A stretch of 42,788 bases of DNA, taken from NCBI GenBank assembly GCA_041585205.1, contig JBFHCO010000002.1:1-42788 (forward strand), read 5' to 3'. Source of the DNA: Candidatus Omnitrophota bacterium. Lineage in GTDB: Bacteria; Omnitrophota; Omnitrophia; Omnitrophales; Aquincolibacteriaceae. Made by a program: the position numbers and the translations under genes. The notes beneath the pieces were generated by a model. It was not told the DNA's origin, did not search any database, and saw only the letters and a program-made list of their open reading frames with translations. Shown here piece by piece: positions 9,659 through 19,519 of the stretch; position 1 is the first letter of the stretch; every line of letters begins with the position of its first letter.

Positions 9659-10675
9659 ATGCAAAATAGGTCTAAAAGTTGGGTTTGTGGAGGCTTTTTT
9701 GCGGTATTAATAATCTCGCTTTTGCTGCAATTTGGCTGCGGAGGACGTGTCAGCCGCAGCGGGATCATGAGCGAGGAGTTGCCGCTCACGGTGGCTGATC
9801 TTGAAGAGATGCGCCAGGGCGAGCAGAATCACGACAAGGTCTTGGAGTATTATAAAATTTATAACAACCCGCCTTTAACCGCATATGTCAATGCGGTCGC
9901 ATCGAGTATCGGGGAAGTTTCCGACCGTCCCTACTTGCCTTATCAAGTTTTTATCCTTGATGATGAAGATGTCAATATGTTCGGAGGTCCCGGTGGTTTT
10001 ATTTATATTTCAAAAGGCATGCTCAATTATCTGGAATCGGAAGCGGAATTGGCCGGTCCTCTGGCCCATGAAATCGCCCATTTGGGCCGTTATGATTACA
10101 TCCCGCGTGCCAAAACCACCAAGGTTAAGTCTGTGTATCAATTGTTGATGCGGGGTTCCGACATGGCGCACGGTCATTTTGGATCGATGGGCGTTGCTGC
10201 GCATTCGGGTTTAAAGGGAATCGGTACCGTGGCGCCCAAGATCGCCAAACGGTTTGACAAGGATGCGGAAGTGGAAGCCGATAAAATACTCGTCGGATAC
10301 ATGATCGACGCAGGCTATGATCCCCGTGCTTATCTGGGGCTGCTTGAGCGCATGGCGCATGAACCTATTCATGAAATTGTGCGGTTCGTGAATTTGATGA
10401 ATACCCATCCGCCTTTTCCCGAGCGCCGGGAGCTCTTGAGGAAGCAGCTTGAAAATATCAAATTCGATAGCATTGAATTCAAGCAGGATAAACTGACGGA
10501 AATCCGACAAATGATGGTCAACATGCCGGATAAGGTGACGGTGGTGAATAACGCCAATATCCTCTTTGAGCCCGTACCCGGCGTACGCCATGCCGATCCG
10601 GTGGAAGTGGATCAAATGGACCGCGAAAAAGAGCAAAAACTCACCCCGATTAAGAAAAGATGGTCTCTGTTTTGA
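9659..10675 (+). CDS. M48-family zinc metallopeptidase, exported (possible lipoprotein)
   Basis: Signal peptide ending LLQFGCGG and the HExxH motif in LAHEIAHLG. The context FGGPGGFIYISKGML is typical of periplasmic M48 (BepA/YfgC-like) peptidases. Confidence 0.8.
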   Translation: MQNRSKSWVCGGFFAVLIISLLLQFGCGGRVSRSGIMSEELPLTVADLEEMRQGEQNHDKVLEYYKIYNNPPLTAYVNAVASSIGEVSDRPYLPYQVFILDDEDVNMFGGPGGFIYISKGMLNYLESEAELAGPLAHEIAHLGRYDYIPRAKTTKVKSVYQLLMRGSDMAHGHFGSMGVAAHSGLKGIGTVAPKIAKRFDKDAEVEADKILVGYMIDAGYDPRAYLGLLERMAHEPIHEIVRFVNLMNTHPPFPERRELLRKQLENIKFDSIEFKQDKLTEIRQMMVNMPDKVTVVNNANILFEPVPGVRHADPVEVDQMDREKEQKLTPIKKRWSLF

Positions 10676-10786
10676 GTTGATTCCATACGCCCCGATCAGC
10701 CCTCAGTGAAGGTTCCCTTTGAAACAGCCGATATTTCATAGATAGTATCTTTTCATACAGCCCGGGATTCGCTATCATTTCCGTTT

Positions 10787-11668
10787 ATGAAAATAGCCGA
10801 TTGCTATAAGCGAGATCAAAAGACATTCTCTTTCGAGTTTTTTCCTCCCAAGACAGACGAGGGGGAGCGGAAGCTGTTTGAGACTGTCGCCCATTTGAAG
10901 GAATTGCATCCATCCTTTGTCTCGGTGACTTACGGAGCCATGGGGACGACACGGGACAATACGATCCGCATTGTCGAGAAAATCAAATCGAATCTGAAGA
11001 TGGAAGCCGCGGCCCATCTGACCTGCGTGGGGCATACGCGCGAAGATATCGAAAAAGTACTCGCCGAATTGAAAACGAGAGGCGTTGAAAATATCGTCGC
11101 TTTACGCGGCGACCCTCCGGCGGGGGAAACGCAATTTAAGCCGGTGCCAAACGGTTTTCGTTACGCGTCGGAACTGGTCCGATTTATACGGGGACACCGC
11201 GAATACCGCGATGCCTTTTCGTTGGCTGTGGCCGGTTATCCGGAGGGTCATATCGAATGTAAAGACAAGGATAAGGATTTGAAACATTTAAAAATCAAAG
11301 TGGATCAAGGGGCAGATGTGATTCTGACGCAACTTTTTTTCGTCAACGCGGATTATTTTGATTTTGTGAGCCGGGCACGGAAAATCGGAATCAAGATTCC
11401 GATTGTGCCGGGAATCATGCCCGTCAGCCACGGGCCTCAAATTCAGAAATTCGCCAAAATGTGCGGTGCGGTGATCCCCGATGAAATGAAGCAAGCGATC
11501 GAACGCTTCGGGGATGATCAGCCCTCGGTTGAGCAGTTTGGCATCGATTTTGCGACGAAGCAATGCGAAGCGCTCCTGAAGGCGGATGTCCCGGGGCTTC
11601 ACTTTTATACGTTGAACAAGTCGAATGCGACCCGGCGTATTTATCTCAATTTGGGTCTTGCCCGATAA
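10787..11668 (+). CDS. metF: 5,10-methylenetetrahydrofolate reductase
   Basis: FSFEFFPPKT, SVTYGA, ALRGDPP and GFRYASELV motifs characteristic of MetF, and the expected ~290-aa length. Confidence 0.9.
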   Translation: MKIADCYKRDQKTFSFEFFPPKTDEGERKLFETVAHLKELHPSFVSVTYGAMGTTRDNTIRIVEKIKSNLKMEAAAHLTCVGHTREDIEKVLAELKTRGVENIVALRGDPPAGETQFKPVPNGFRYASELVRFIRGHREYRDAFSLAVAGYPEGHIECKDKDKDLKHLKIKVDQGADVILTQLFFVNADYFDFVSRARKIGIKIPIVPGIMPVSHGPQIQKFAKMCGAVIPDEMKQAIERFGDDQPSVEQFGIDFATKQCEALLKADVPGLHFYTLNKSNATRRIYLNLGLAR

Positions 11669-11684
11669 CCTCGGAGAATATGAC

Positions 11685-12131
11685 GTGCGGTGGAGAATCG
11701 GAGAAATCCTGATACAGAAAAAATTGATTGATTGGAATCAATTGAATCAAGCTTTGGAAGAACAACAAAAATCCGGGGCGCGGACCGGGGAGTTGCTGGT
11801 TAAAAGCGGTTGTATCACGAAAACGCTTTTTTACGGCGCGCTGGCCGCACAGCATGGAATGCAATTCGTCGACCCCGCTGACATTCAAATGAATCCCAAA
11901 GCGGCAGCGGCCATTCCGTACAGCATCGCCGAAAAGTATCGTTTACTGCCTATGGATATCCGTGGTGATACGCTCTATGTCGGAGTCGCTGATCCTCGCC
12001 AAACCTGGCCGCAAGAAGAGTTGAGTCATTTGACGGGGATACGGAAAATTAAAACCGTATTATGCCTGCCTGAGGCCATTCAGGAGAATATGCAAACGCT
12101 GTATAAGCCCGAATCGTCGAGTCAATGTTAA
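11685..12131 (+). CDS. Stand-alone MshEN / T2SSE_N domain protein (putative c-di-GMP receptor), with no ATPase domain
   Basis: The preferred start is the GTG at 11685, preceded by GGAGA at 11673-11677; the ATG at 11625 would overlap metF. Two 24-residue RxGxxLLxxGxIxxxxLxxxLxxQ motifs are separated by 5 residues, followed by a GspE-N1 type fold (YRLLPMDIRGDTLYVGVADP). Confidence 0.7.
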   Translation: MRWRIGEILIQKKLIDWNQLNQALEEQQKSGARTGELLVKSGCITKTLFYGALAAQHGMQFVDPADIQMNPKAAAAIPYSIAEKYRLLPMDIRGDTLYVGVADPRQTWPQEELSHLTGIRKIKTVLCLPEAIQENMQTLYKPESSSQC

Positions 12132-12285
12132 GGTTTTATAAACTCCATATTCACACCATGTGATTTATGATATAATTACGATGAAGATAGCATTAATTAT
12201 TGACTCGTCGAATTCAAACGTAACTCATTTACCGGCCTTAAGTTGAGCGCTGGTTAAGCAAGTTGAAAGAAAGGCGGGGTGTGTC

Positions 12286-12726
12286 ATGGGAGAGATGCAT
12301 GAGCTGAAAGTATTCACCGTGGCCGAAGCGAATCGGTGTATTCCGCATCTAACCGAACTGATTGACGCCCTTCGACGCGTGCGCGAGCGCATTCACTCTC
12401 TTGAAGTGGAAATCGACATGCTCGAACTTATTTCGGAAAAAGACATTCAGGATCCTTCCTCGGCGGCGCATGCGAAATTGAAGGAATATCACGAAGCTGT
12501 GGATCAATGTTACCGCTGGATCGATGAAATTCATGAGATGGGTTGTTTTTTAAAAGATATCGAAACGGGATTGGTTGATTTTTATGCCAAGGTGCAGGGG
12601 CGGATTGTTTATCTGTGCTGGAAATACGGGGAAAGCGAAATCAATTGTTGGCATGAAGTGGGACGGGGATACTCCTATCGGCAGCCCTTGGAAGCAGAGG
12701 AAGAGGGTCGCGAGTCTTCCGGCTGA
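12286..12726 (+). CDS. DUF2203 family protein
   Basis: N-terminal FTVAEANRCIPHL..., a coiled-coil segment, and a C-terminal GCFLKDIETGLVDFYA...YLCWKYGE...CWHE...GYSYRQPL signature, as I recall for DUF2203. Confidence 0.65.
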   Translation: MGEMHELKVFTVAEANRCIPHLTELIDALRRVRERIHSLEVEIDMLELISEKDIQDPSSAAHAKLKEYHEAVDQCYRWIDEIHEMGCFLKDIETGLVDFYAKVQGRIVYLCWKYGESEINCWHEVGRGYSYRQPLEAEEEGRESSG

Positions 12727-12747
12727 CGGATCAATGATGATTACGGC

Positions 12748-14505
12748 GTGACAGAAAGAGAGCGCAAAGTGCAAAAAATGATTGTCTTTAGAATCGGCGG
12801 TGAAGGCGGTGAAGGTGTCATCAGTTGCGGAGAAATGCTGACCTTAGCCTGCGCGCGGATGGGCAATGAAATTTATACTTTTCGCAGTTATCCCGCGGAA
12901 ATCAAAGGCGGGTATGCCATGTTTCAAGTGCGCACGAGCAATGACATATTGCTGTCGCATGGCAGCGCGCTCGATGTGCTGGTTTGTTTTAACCAAGAGG
13001 CCTATGACCGCTGCATTGCCGAAATGCGTAACGAAAACAGCGTGCTCATTTACGATTCCACTTCCTGCCATCCGAAAGGGGACTTTAAGGGTATCGCGTA
13101 TGGTGTTCCCGCCTCGGATTTGGCGCGTCTTGAGATGCGCAATTACTTGACCAAAAACGTGATCATTTTGGGCATTTTATCCAAACTTTTCGGGATTGAC
13201 CCCAACATTTTGGAAGAAATCCTGCGTCAGCGTTTCGGTAAGAAAGGCGAAGCGATATTGAATCTGAACTTTCAGGCTTTGCGGAAAGGGATTCAATATG
13301 TGGAGCAGAATATTGAAAAACGTGACCATTTTCTTGTCACCGAGCAGCAAAACGATAACCGCATTGTACTCTCCGGTAACCAGGCGCTTGCCTTGGGTGC
13401 GATCGCGGCCGGCTGCCGTTTTTATGCCGGCTATCCGATTACGCCCGCCACGGATATCATGGAGTTCTTGGCGCGCGAATTGCCGAAATATAATGGTGTC
13501 GTCATTCAGGCTGAAGATGAAATCGCCGCGCTTTCCATGGTGCTCGGCGCATCCTATACGGGCGTCAAGGCGATGACTGCAAGTTCCGGACCAGGCATTT
13601 CCCTGATGGCTGAATTGCTGGGACTGGCCGGCATGGCCGAAATCCCGGCGGTCATTGTGGATTGTCAGCGCGCAGGTCCAAGCACCGGGATGCCGACCAA
13701 AACCGAACAGAGCGATTTAAATCACGCGTTATATGCGGGACACGGCGAAGCGCCGCGCATCGTGATGGCGCTTTCAAGCGTCGAAGACGCCTTTTTCGGC
13801 ATTATCCGCGCCTTCAATTACGCGATCCGCTGTCAGGTGCCGGTGATTGTCCTTTCGGATCAATATTTGGCGCAGCGCACGGCCACGATCCGTCGTCCTG
13901 ATATGTCCAAAGTTATCATCGAAGAAAGAAAGCAGCCGTCCGCGGCGGAACTGGAGCATTACAAACGTTTCCGCCTTACGGAAACTGGCGTGTCGCCGAT
14001 GGCTGTACCGGGTGAAAAGGGCGGTGTCTTTACCGCGACCGGCATCGAACACGGCGAGGATTGCGAGCTCAGCTATGAGCCCGACAATCATATGCGCATG
14101 ACGCAAAAGCGTTTCAAAAAATTGGAGCTTGTGCTCAAAGGCGCTGATTTGTACCGCCGGCACGGCGTTCAAGATCAGGAGATCGGCATTGTCGGCTGGG
14201 GATCTTCGGAAGGTGTGATCCGTGAAGCCGTTCAAAAAGCAAATGACAAGGGTCTAAAAGTTGCCGCATTTCATCCGAAAGTGTTGTTTCCGATGCTGCC
14301 TGAAATCGGCGTATTTATCCGCTCCTGCAAAAAGGTGATTGTGCCCGAGTTGAATTTCACCGGGCAATTCGCGCGGGAAATTCGCGCAAAGTTCGGCGTC
14401 GATGTGATTTCTTACACAAAAGTGGCCGGTTTGCCGTTTACACCGGATGAATTGTTGGAGCAAATCGAAAAAGTCAACGATCAGTATGTAAGTAAGGTTA
14501 AATGA
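12748..14505 (+). CDS. korA: 2-oxoglutarate/2-oxoacid:ferredoxin oxidoreductase subunit alpha (fused gamma-alpha type)
   Basis: N-terminal gamma-like module (RIGGEGGEGV) followed by the alpha module (YAGYPITPATDI, GASYTG, SSGPGISLM, QRAGPSTGMPTK). The start is ambiguous (GTG 12748, GTG 12769 or ATG 12778). Confidence 0.85.
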   Translation: MTERERKVQKMIVFRIGGEGGEGVISCGEMLTLACARMGNEIYTFRSYPAEIKGGYAMFQVRTSNDILLSHGSALDVLVCFNQEAYDRCIAEMRNENSVLIYDSTSCHPKGDFKGIAYGVPASDLARLEMRNYLTKNVIILGILSKLFGIDPNILEEILRQRFGKKGEAILNLNFQALRKGIQYVEQNIEKRDHFLVTEQQNDNRIVLSGNQALALGAIAAGCRFYAGYPITPATDIMEFLARELPKYNGVVIQAEDEIAALSMVLGASYTGVKAMTASSGPGISLMAELLGLAGMAEIPAVIVDCQRAGPSTGMPTKTEQSDLNHALYAGHGEAPRIVMALSSVEDAFFGIIRAFNYAIRCQVPVIVLSDQYLAQRTATIRRPDMSKVIIEERKQPSAAELEHYKRFRLTETGVSPMAVPGEKGGVFTATGIEHGEDCELSYEPDNHMRMTQKRFKKLELVLKGADLYRRHGVQDQEIGIVGWGSSEGVIREAVQKANDKGLKVAAFHPKVLFPMLPEIGVFIRSCKKVIVPELNFTGQFAREIRAKFGVDVISYTKVAGLPFTPDELLEQIEKVNDQYVSKVK

Positions 14506-14527
14506 GCGACGAAAAGGAGATAAATTC

Positions 14528-15409
14528 ATGACCGCACCGGCAGAAGCGTCACCGCAGCAAAGCCCTAAACCGGGGCTCAACATTGCGCCTTATAAAACGG
14601 ATGTACATCCTGTGTGGTGTCCGGGCTGCGGCGATTTCGGCGTTTTGACCTGCATTTACCGCATGTTAGCGACGAAACAAATTTCGCCTGAACAAACCGT
14701 GATTGTTTCAGGGATCGGTTGTTCTTCACGTCTGCCGGCTTACGTGAATGCTTATGGTTTTCACACGGTGCACGGCCGCGTGCTGCCCGTTGCGACAGGC
14801 GTCAAATCCGCGAATCCTAAATTGGAAGTGCTGGCGGTGGGCGGAGACGGGGATGCCTATTCGATCGGCGCCGGTCATATTCCGCATGCGGCGCGGCGCA
14901 ATATCGACGTATGTTACATTGTCATGGATAATGAAGTTTACGGCCTGACGAAGGGGCAGGGTTCTGCCACCGCGCCGGTCGAGCTTGTCAAAGGTACCAC
15001 ACCTTTCGGGCAGCTGGATGAACCCCTTAATCCGATTGCGATGGCGATTGCTTACAATATTTCCTTTGTCGCGCGCGGCTATTCCGGCAAACCCAAGGAG
15101 TTGACGGAATTGATCATTCAGGGTGTGGAGCATAACGGCTTTGCCCTCGTGGAAGTGTTGAGTCCTTGCACGACTTTCCACGATACGTATAAACCCATTT
15201 CTCAGCGTATTCGTTTTATCGAGCCTTCGCATGATCCGACGGACCGTCTTGCAGCCATGAAACTGGCGTTTGAAAAGGATACGATTCCGCTCGGATTGAT
15301 TTATAAAAGCGAACGTTCCAGCTTTCATGAGCGGATTCAAATGACGCTTGACCGTGCCGCCAAAAAAGGCGCCGGCAACGTGGAAAAAACGCTCGACAGT
15401 TTTAAATAA
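14528..15409 (+). CDS. korB: 2-oxoglutarate/2-oxoacid:ferredoxin oxidoreductase subunit beta (TPP-binding)
   Basis: AAGGAGA RBS, WCPGCGDFG cysteine motif, TPP motif GGDGDAYSIG...MDNEVYGLTKGQ, located directly after korA. Confidence 0.9.
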   Translation: MTAPAEASPQQSPKPGLNIAPYKTDVHPVWCPGCGDFGVLTCIYRMLATKQISPEQTVIVSGIGCSSRLPAYVNAYGFHTVHGRVLPVATGVKSANPKLEVLAVGGDGDAYSIGAGHIPHAARRNIDVCYIVMDNEVYGLTKGQGSATAPVELVKGTTPFGQLDEPLNPIAMAIAYNISFVARGYSGKPKELTELIIQGVEHNGFALVEVLSPCTTFHDTYKPISQRIRFIEPSHDPTDRLAAMKLAFEKDTIPLGLIYKSERSSFHERIQMTLDRAAKKGAGNVEKTLDSFK

Positions 15410-15456
15410 CCTCATAACAACTATCGTTTTTCAACCCAATTCATCCGGAAAATCAG

Positions 15457-16860
15457 ATGGCTGCAAAAAAGAGTAAGACACGTCTTGAAAAAGATTCTCT
15501 GGGCATTAAGCCCGTTCCGGGCGACGCCTATTTCGGCATCGAAACCGCGCGCGCCCTCGAAAATTATCCCATCAGCGGTTTAAAGTTTCATCCGGCCTTC
15601 ATTTGGGGTCTCGCCCAAATCAAAAAGGCATGTGCCCGCGCCAATCAAGCGCTGAAGCGCTTGGACGCCCGGCGCGCCAAGGCCATCATCCGCGCCTGCG
15701 ATGAAATCATTGCCGGAAAATGGCATGACCAATTTGTGACGGATGTCATTCAATCGGGCGCCGGTGTATCGGCCCATATGAATTCCAACGAAGTGATCGC
15801 GAACCGCGCGTTGGAAATCCTGGGGAAGAAGCGCGGTGATTACGCGTCGCTGCATTCCCATGATCATGTCAATATGGGTCAATCCACGAACGATGTCATT
15901 CCTACCGCGATCCGGCTCGCAGCCCTGCATCTTTTATCGGATTTTTGTGTGTCTTCCAAAGCGCTCGAAAAGGCCTTTACCAAAAAGGCGCGTGCCTTCA
16001 GCCGCATCGTCAAGGCCGGCCGCACGCATATGCAGGATGCGGCACCCATTACTTTAGGACAGGAGTTCGGCGGCTGGGCGCGACAGCTTGAAAAAAGCCG
16101 GCTGCGCATCGAAAAACTTTCCGTGAACCTGTTGGAGCTTGGCATCGGGGGTTCCGCGGTCGGTACGGGTTTAAACACAACTCTTTTGTACCGCAGGAAG
16201 GTGATTACCAATCTCAAGCTGCAAACCAAATTGAAAGTCGCAAGCGCCGCGAATCTTTTCGAGGTCATGCAATCGGATGTCGATTTGGCCGGCGTCTCAA
16301 GTGGTCTCAGGAATTACGCGCTTTGTCTCATTCAAATCTCAAATGATTTGCGCTTACTCAGTTCCGGACCTAAAACGGGGTTTGCCGAGATAATCCTGCC
16401 GGCGCGTCAGCCCGGTTCGTCGATTATGCCGGGTAAAATCAATCCCGTGATGCCGGAAGCGACAGCGCAGGCCGCCTTTCAAGTAATCGGCAATGATTTA
16501 ACCATTGCCTTCGCAGCGAGCAGCGGTCAGCTGGAACTCAATGTCATGCGCCCCGTCATCGCGCATAACCTACTGCAATCGCTTGAAATTTTAACCAACA
16601 CCGCGCGTGTACTGCGCACTCATTGCATTGACGGCATCAAAGCCGATCCCGAACGCTGCCGCGCTTATGCGGAAGAAAGCTTTGGCATCGCCGCCGCTTT
16701 AAATCCGCATATCGGCTACAGTAAGGCCGCTGAATGCGTCAAGCAAGCCCTCAGGGAGGGGAAGACGCTGAGGCAAGTTGTGCTGGAAAAAGGCCTGCTT
16801 TCGTCAGCCGCTTTAGACCGGATTTTGTCTCCTGAAAATCTTACCCGCCCGAAGGCTTAA
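15457..16860 (+). CDS. aspA: Aspartate ammonia-lyase (class II fumarase/aspartase superfamily)
   Basis: Superfamily signature GSSIMPGKINP. The N-terminal EKDSLG..VPGDAYFGIETARALENYPISG, QSGAGVS.HMNSNEVIAN and STNDVIPTA resemble aspartase more than FumC; the subfamily call is by eye only. Confidence 0.7.
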   Translation: MAAKKSKTRLEKDSLGIKPVPGDAYFGIETARALENYPISGLKFHPAFIWGLAQIKKACARANQALKRLDARRAKAIIRACDEIIAGKWHDQFVTDVIQSGAGVSAHMNSNEVIANRALEILGKKRGDYASLHSHDHVNMGQSTNDVIPTAIRLAALHLLSDFCVSSKALEKAFTKKARAFSRIVKAGRTHMQDAAPITLGQEFGGWARQLEKSRLRIEKLSVNLLELGIGGSAVGTGLNTTLLYRRKVITNLKLQTKLKVASAANLFEVMQSDVDLAGVSSGLRNYALCLIQISNDLRLLSSGPKTGFAEIILPARQPGSSIMPGKINPVMPEATAQAAFQVIGNDLTIAFAASSGQLELNVMRPVIAHNLLQSLEILTNTARVLRTHCIDGIKADPERCRAYAEESFGIAAALNPHIGYSKAAECVKQALREGKTLRQVVLEKGLLSSAALDRILSPENLTRPKA

Positions 16861-16938
16861 ATCCCGCGAAGCATCTGCCGCATTCTAACTCTAATTGAAT
16901 CAAGGACTTGACGTTTAATCCCCTTACAGAAAAAGTGC

Positions 16939-16966
16939 TTGAGGGCGAAAGGGATTTTGTTATAAT
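16939..16966 (+). promoter_or_regulatory. Putative sigma70-type promoter of the rpsB-tsf operon
   Basis: TTGAGG (16939-16944), a 16-nt spacer, then an extended -10 TGtTATAAT (16958-16966). This would give a ~185-nt leader before the rpsB start. Confidence 0.45.
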
Positions 16967-17158
16967 ATGCGCCCTATTCGTCAGACCCCAATTTGGCCTA
17001 CATCAAGCACTTAGCGCGAGGGCAAATGACAAGCAGGGTGAAGTGCAAGTCGCATGCCTTGGGGGGATGTCCTGTCATGCGGGGTCTTGAGAATTCAAGG
17101 TATTCTTGAATAGAGGCGCGAATGAAGGGTTTAAATTTAAAGAGAGGATAAATCTAAA

Positions 17159-18064
17159 TTGGCTGAAGTGACTCTGAAACAAATGTTGGAAGCCGGTGTC
17201 CATTTCGGACATCAGACTCGTCGTTGGAATCCGAAAATGAAAAAGTTTATCTTCGGAGAGAGAAACGGCATTTATATCATTAATCTCGAAAATACATTGG
17301 CTTGCCTTGAACGGGCCTTAACCTTCCTCAAAGAGATCGTAGCGAGCGGCCGTGAAATCCTCTGGGTCGGTACAAAAAAACAAGCGCAAGATTCCGTACG
17401 CGAGGCCGCGCAGGGGTGCGGGATGCCCTATGTGAACGAACGCTGGCTCGGCGGCATGCTCACGAATTTTGAAACCGTCCGCAAATCCGTCCGCCGCTTG
17501 GAAGCCATTGACAAAATGGAAGAGGATGGAAGCTTCCAATTTGTCACGAAGAAAGAAGTTCTCTCTCTCAAAAAAGAGCGCGACAAGCTCGAGAAAAATT
17601 TAAAAGGTGTCCGCGCCATGAAAAAACTGCCCGGCGCGGTTTTTGTGATTGATTCCAAGAACGAGGAAATTGCGGTGCGGGAAGCGACGAAGCTTGAAAT
17701 TCCGGTTGTTGCTTTACTAGATACGAATTGTGATCCGGATTTGGTAAGTTATCCTATTCCGGGCAATGACGACGCGATTCGGGCCATTAAACTTTTCTGT
17801 GAAATTGTCGCGGCTACAATTCAAGAAGGCCGCACACAGTTGCAGCAAGCCATTCAAGCCGAAGAACAGGCGCAGCGCGATGCCGAAGAAGCCGAAGCAA
17901 AAGCGCAAGCGGAAGGCGCGGAAGGGGAAGCCGAAGATTTGGAACAGGTTCCCGAGACCGAAGAAGAGAAGCTGGCCGCGCGCTTCGGAGGCGCGGTTGA
18001 AGAGGATGACAGTGATGCCTCCCGCAAAGCCAAGGCCAAAAAGATAACCCGCAAAACCACTTAA
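17159..18064 (+). CDS. rpsB: 30S ribosomal protein S2
   Basis: TTG start 10 nt after AGAGAGGA. Canonical [18 protein letters not shown] and [10 protein letters not shown] motifs. The C-terminal ~70 aa form an unusual Glu/Ala/Lys-rich low-complexity tail. Confidence 0.95.
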   Translation: MAEVTLKQMLEAGVHFGHQTRRWNPKMKKFIFGERNGIYIINLENTLACLERALTFLKEIVASGREILWVGTKKQAQDSVREAAQGCGMPYVNERWLGGMLTNFETVRKSVRRLEAIDKMEEDGSFQFVTKKEVLSLKKERDKLEKNLKGVRAMKKLPGAVFVIDSKNEEIAVREATKLEIPVVALLDTNCDPDLVSYPIPGNDDAIRAIKLFCEIVAATIQEGRTQLQQAIQAEEQAQRDAEEAEAKAQAEGAEGEAEDLEQVPETEEEKLAARFGGAVEEDDSDASRKAKAKKITRKTT

Positions 18065-18085
18065 TTGCTTACAAATAAAACAGCC

Positions 18086-18682
18086 ATGCCGGAAGCAAAA
18101 AGCGATTTAATCAAACTGAGAGAACTGACCGGGGCCGGGATGATGGACTGCAAAAAGGCCCTGGATGAAGCCAAAGGCGATCTTAAAGAGGCGCAGAGTA
18201 TTTTACGCACGCGCGGTCTCGACATCGCCAAGAAGAAATCTTCCCGCCAGGCCAAGGAAGGTTCGGTCGTTTCCTATATCCACGGCGGCGGTAAACTGGG
18301 CGTGCTGGTCGAAATCAACTGTGAAACGGATTTTGTGGCACGCAACGAAACATTTCAGGCGTTTGGCAAGGATATCGCCATGCAGATTGCGGCGGCGCAT
18401 CCTTTGTATGTCAGTCCGGAGGATATCCCGGCCGAGCAGTTGGATAAGGAAAAGATCCAGTATGCTGCTGAGATCCAAGGCAAACCGGCGCCGGTCCAGG
18501 AAAAGATTTTGCAGGGCAAGCTTTCCAAGCGGTTCGAGGATATTTGTCTTTTGAATCAGAAATTCATCAAAGACGATTCCCGCACCGTGAAGGAATATTT
18601 AGACGAACACATCGCAAAAATCGGTGAAAACATCGTGATCCGCCGTTTTGTTCGGTTTGAACTTGGCGGATCGCTCGAATAA
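18086..18682 (+). CDS. tsf: Elongation factor Ts (short form)
   Basis: LRELTGAGMMDCKKAL UBA-like N-terminus and VEINCETDFVARN. The ATG at 18086 gives a normal N-terminal length; an in-frame TTG at 18065 is the longest-ORF alternative. Confidence 0.9.
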   Translation: MPEAKSDLIKLRELTGAGMMDCKKALDEAKGDLKEAQSILRTRGLDIAKKKSSRQAKEGSVVSYIHGGGKLGVLVEINCETDFVARNETFQAFGKDIAMQIAAAHPLYVSPEDIPAEQLDKEKIQYAAEIQGKPAPVQEKILQGKLSKRFEDICLLNQKFIKDDSRTVKEYLDEHIAKIGENIVIRRFVRFELGGSLE

Positions 18683-18779
18683 CTCCTTTCGAATTGAAGC
18701 GAAATGGATCCGATTCAAAAAAACCTCATGACATCTCCGGTCTGTCAGGATTCATCGCGCTCACACTCTTTCCCTTCTT

Positions 18780-19496
18780 ATGAAGAAAAAACCTGTCTAT
18801 AAACGCGTTGTTTTGAAACTTTCCGGCGAAGCCCTTCAAGGGAGCCAAGGTTACGGCATTGATCCGGCCGTCGCCAAATCTTTGGCCGAACAAATCAAAG
18901 AGATACACGATTTGGGTGTGCAGGTGGCCTGTGTAATCGGGGCGGGCAATATCTTCCGCGGCCTGCAGGCCTCCAAGGCAGGCATGGACCGCTCTACCGC
19001 CGATTACATCGGCATGCTGGCCACACTCATTAATTCCATGGTTGTGCAGGATTTTTTGGAAAAACTCGATTGCCAGACGCGCGTGCAATCCGCGATCGAC
19101 GTACAGGAATTGGTCGAACCCTATATTCGCCGGCGCGCAGTGCGGCATATGGAAAAGGGGAGAATCGTGATTTTCGCGGCCGGCACCGGCAACCCATATT
19201 TTACGACGGACACGGCGGCGGCACTGCGCGCGATTGAGATCGAAGCCGATGTCATTTTGAAGGCCACAAAGGTTGACGGTGTTTATTCCAGCGATCCCGT
19301 CAAAGACAAGCGGGCCAAGAAATTTGAAAACCTGAAATATCTGGATGTCTTGAAGAAGCGGCTGCAGGTTATGGATGCCACGGCCATTTCGCTGTGCATG
19401 GACAACGCGCTGCCGATTGTCGTCTTCAACTTGACGCAGCCGGGAAATATCCGGCGTGTCATTCTGGGCGATCAAATCGGCACCCGGATATCATAA
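18780..19496 (+). CDS. pyrH: UMP kinase
   Basis: [38 protein letters not shown] and [10 protein letters not shown] motifs. Confidence 0.95.
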   Translation: MKKKPVYKRVVLKLSGEALQGSQGYGIDPAVAKSLAEQIKEIHDLGVQVACVIGAGNIFRGLQASKAGMDRSTADYIGMLATLINSMVVQDFLEKLDCQTRVQSAIDVQELVEPYIRRRAVRHMEKGRIVIFAAGTGNPYFTTDTAAALRAIEIEADVILKATKVDGVYSSDPVKDKRAKKFENLKYLDVLKKRLQVMDATAISLCMDNALPIVVFNLTQPGNIRRVILGDQIGTRIS

Positions 19497-19519
19497 CGAT
19501 TTGAGGGCGGGAGGAATTT

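Noticed and set aside
14726-15415. Long antisense ORFs: 229 aa opposite korB, plus 24325-25224 opposite the ALDH, 18726-19475 opposite pyrH, 25441-26073 opposite the aminotransferase, and 621-1058 opposite the fadB-like gene
   Set aside because: Each lies entirely inside a gene on the + strand that has strong, motif-level family identity. The antisense translations are Arg/Gly/His-rich with no motifs, which is typical of shadow ORFs.
15457-16860. Calling this gene fumarate hydratase (fumC), which would complete a reductive TCA module with korAB
   Set aside because: N-terminal and active-site-loop motifs (ENYPISG, GAGVS.HMNSNE, STND) look more like aspartase than FumC. I kept the family-level call with aspA as the preferred name; phylogeny is needed to settle it.
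16908-17090. A 60-aa ORF in the rpsB upstream region
   Set aside because: It spans the predicted promoter and leader, has no RBS, and its composition is unremarkable. It is better explained as non-coding leader.
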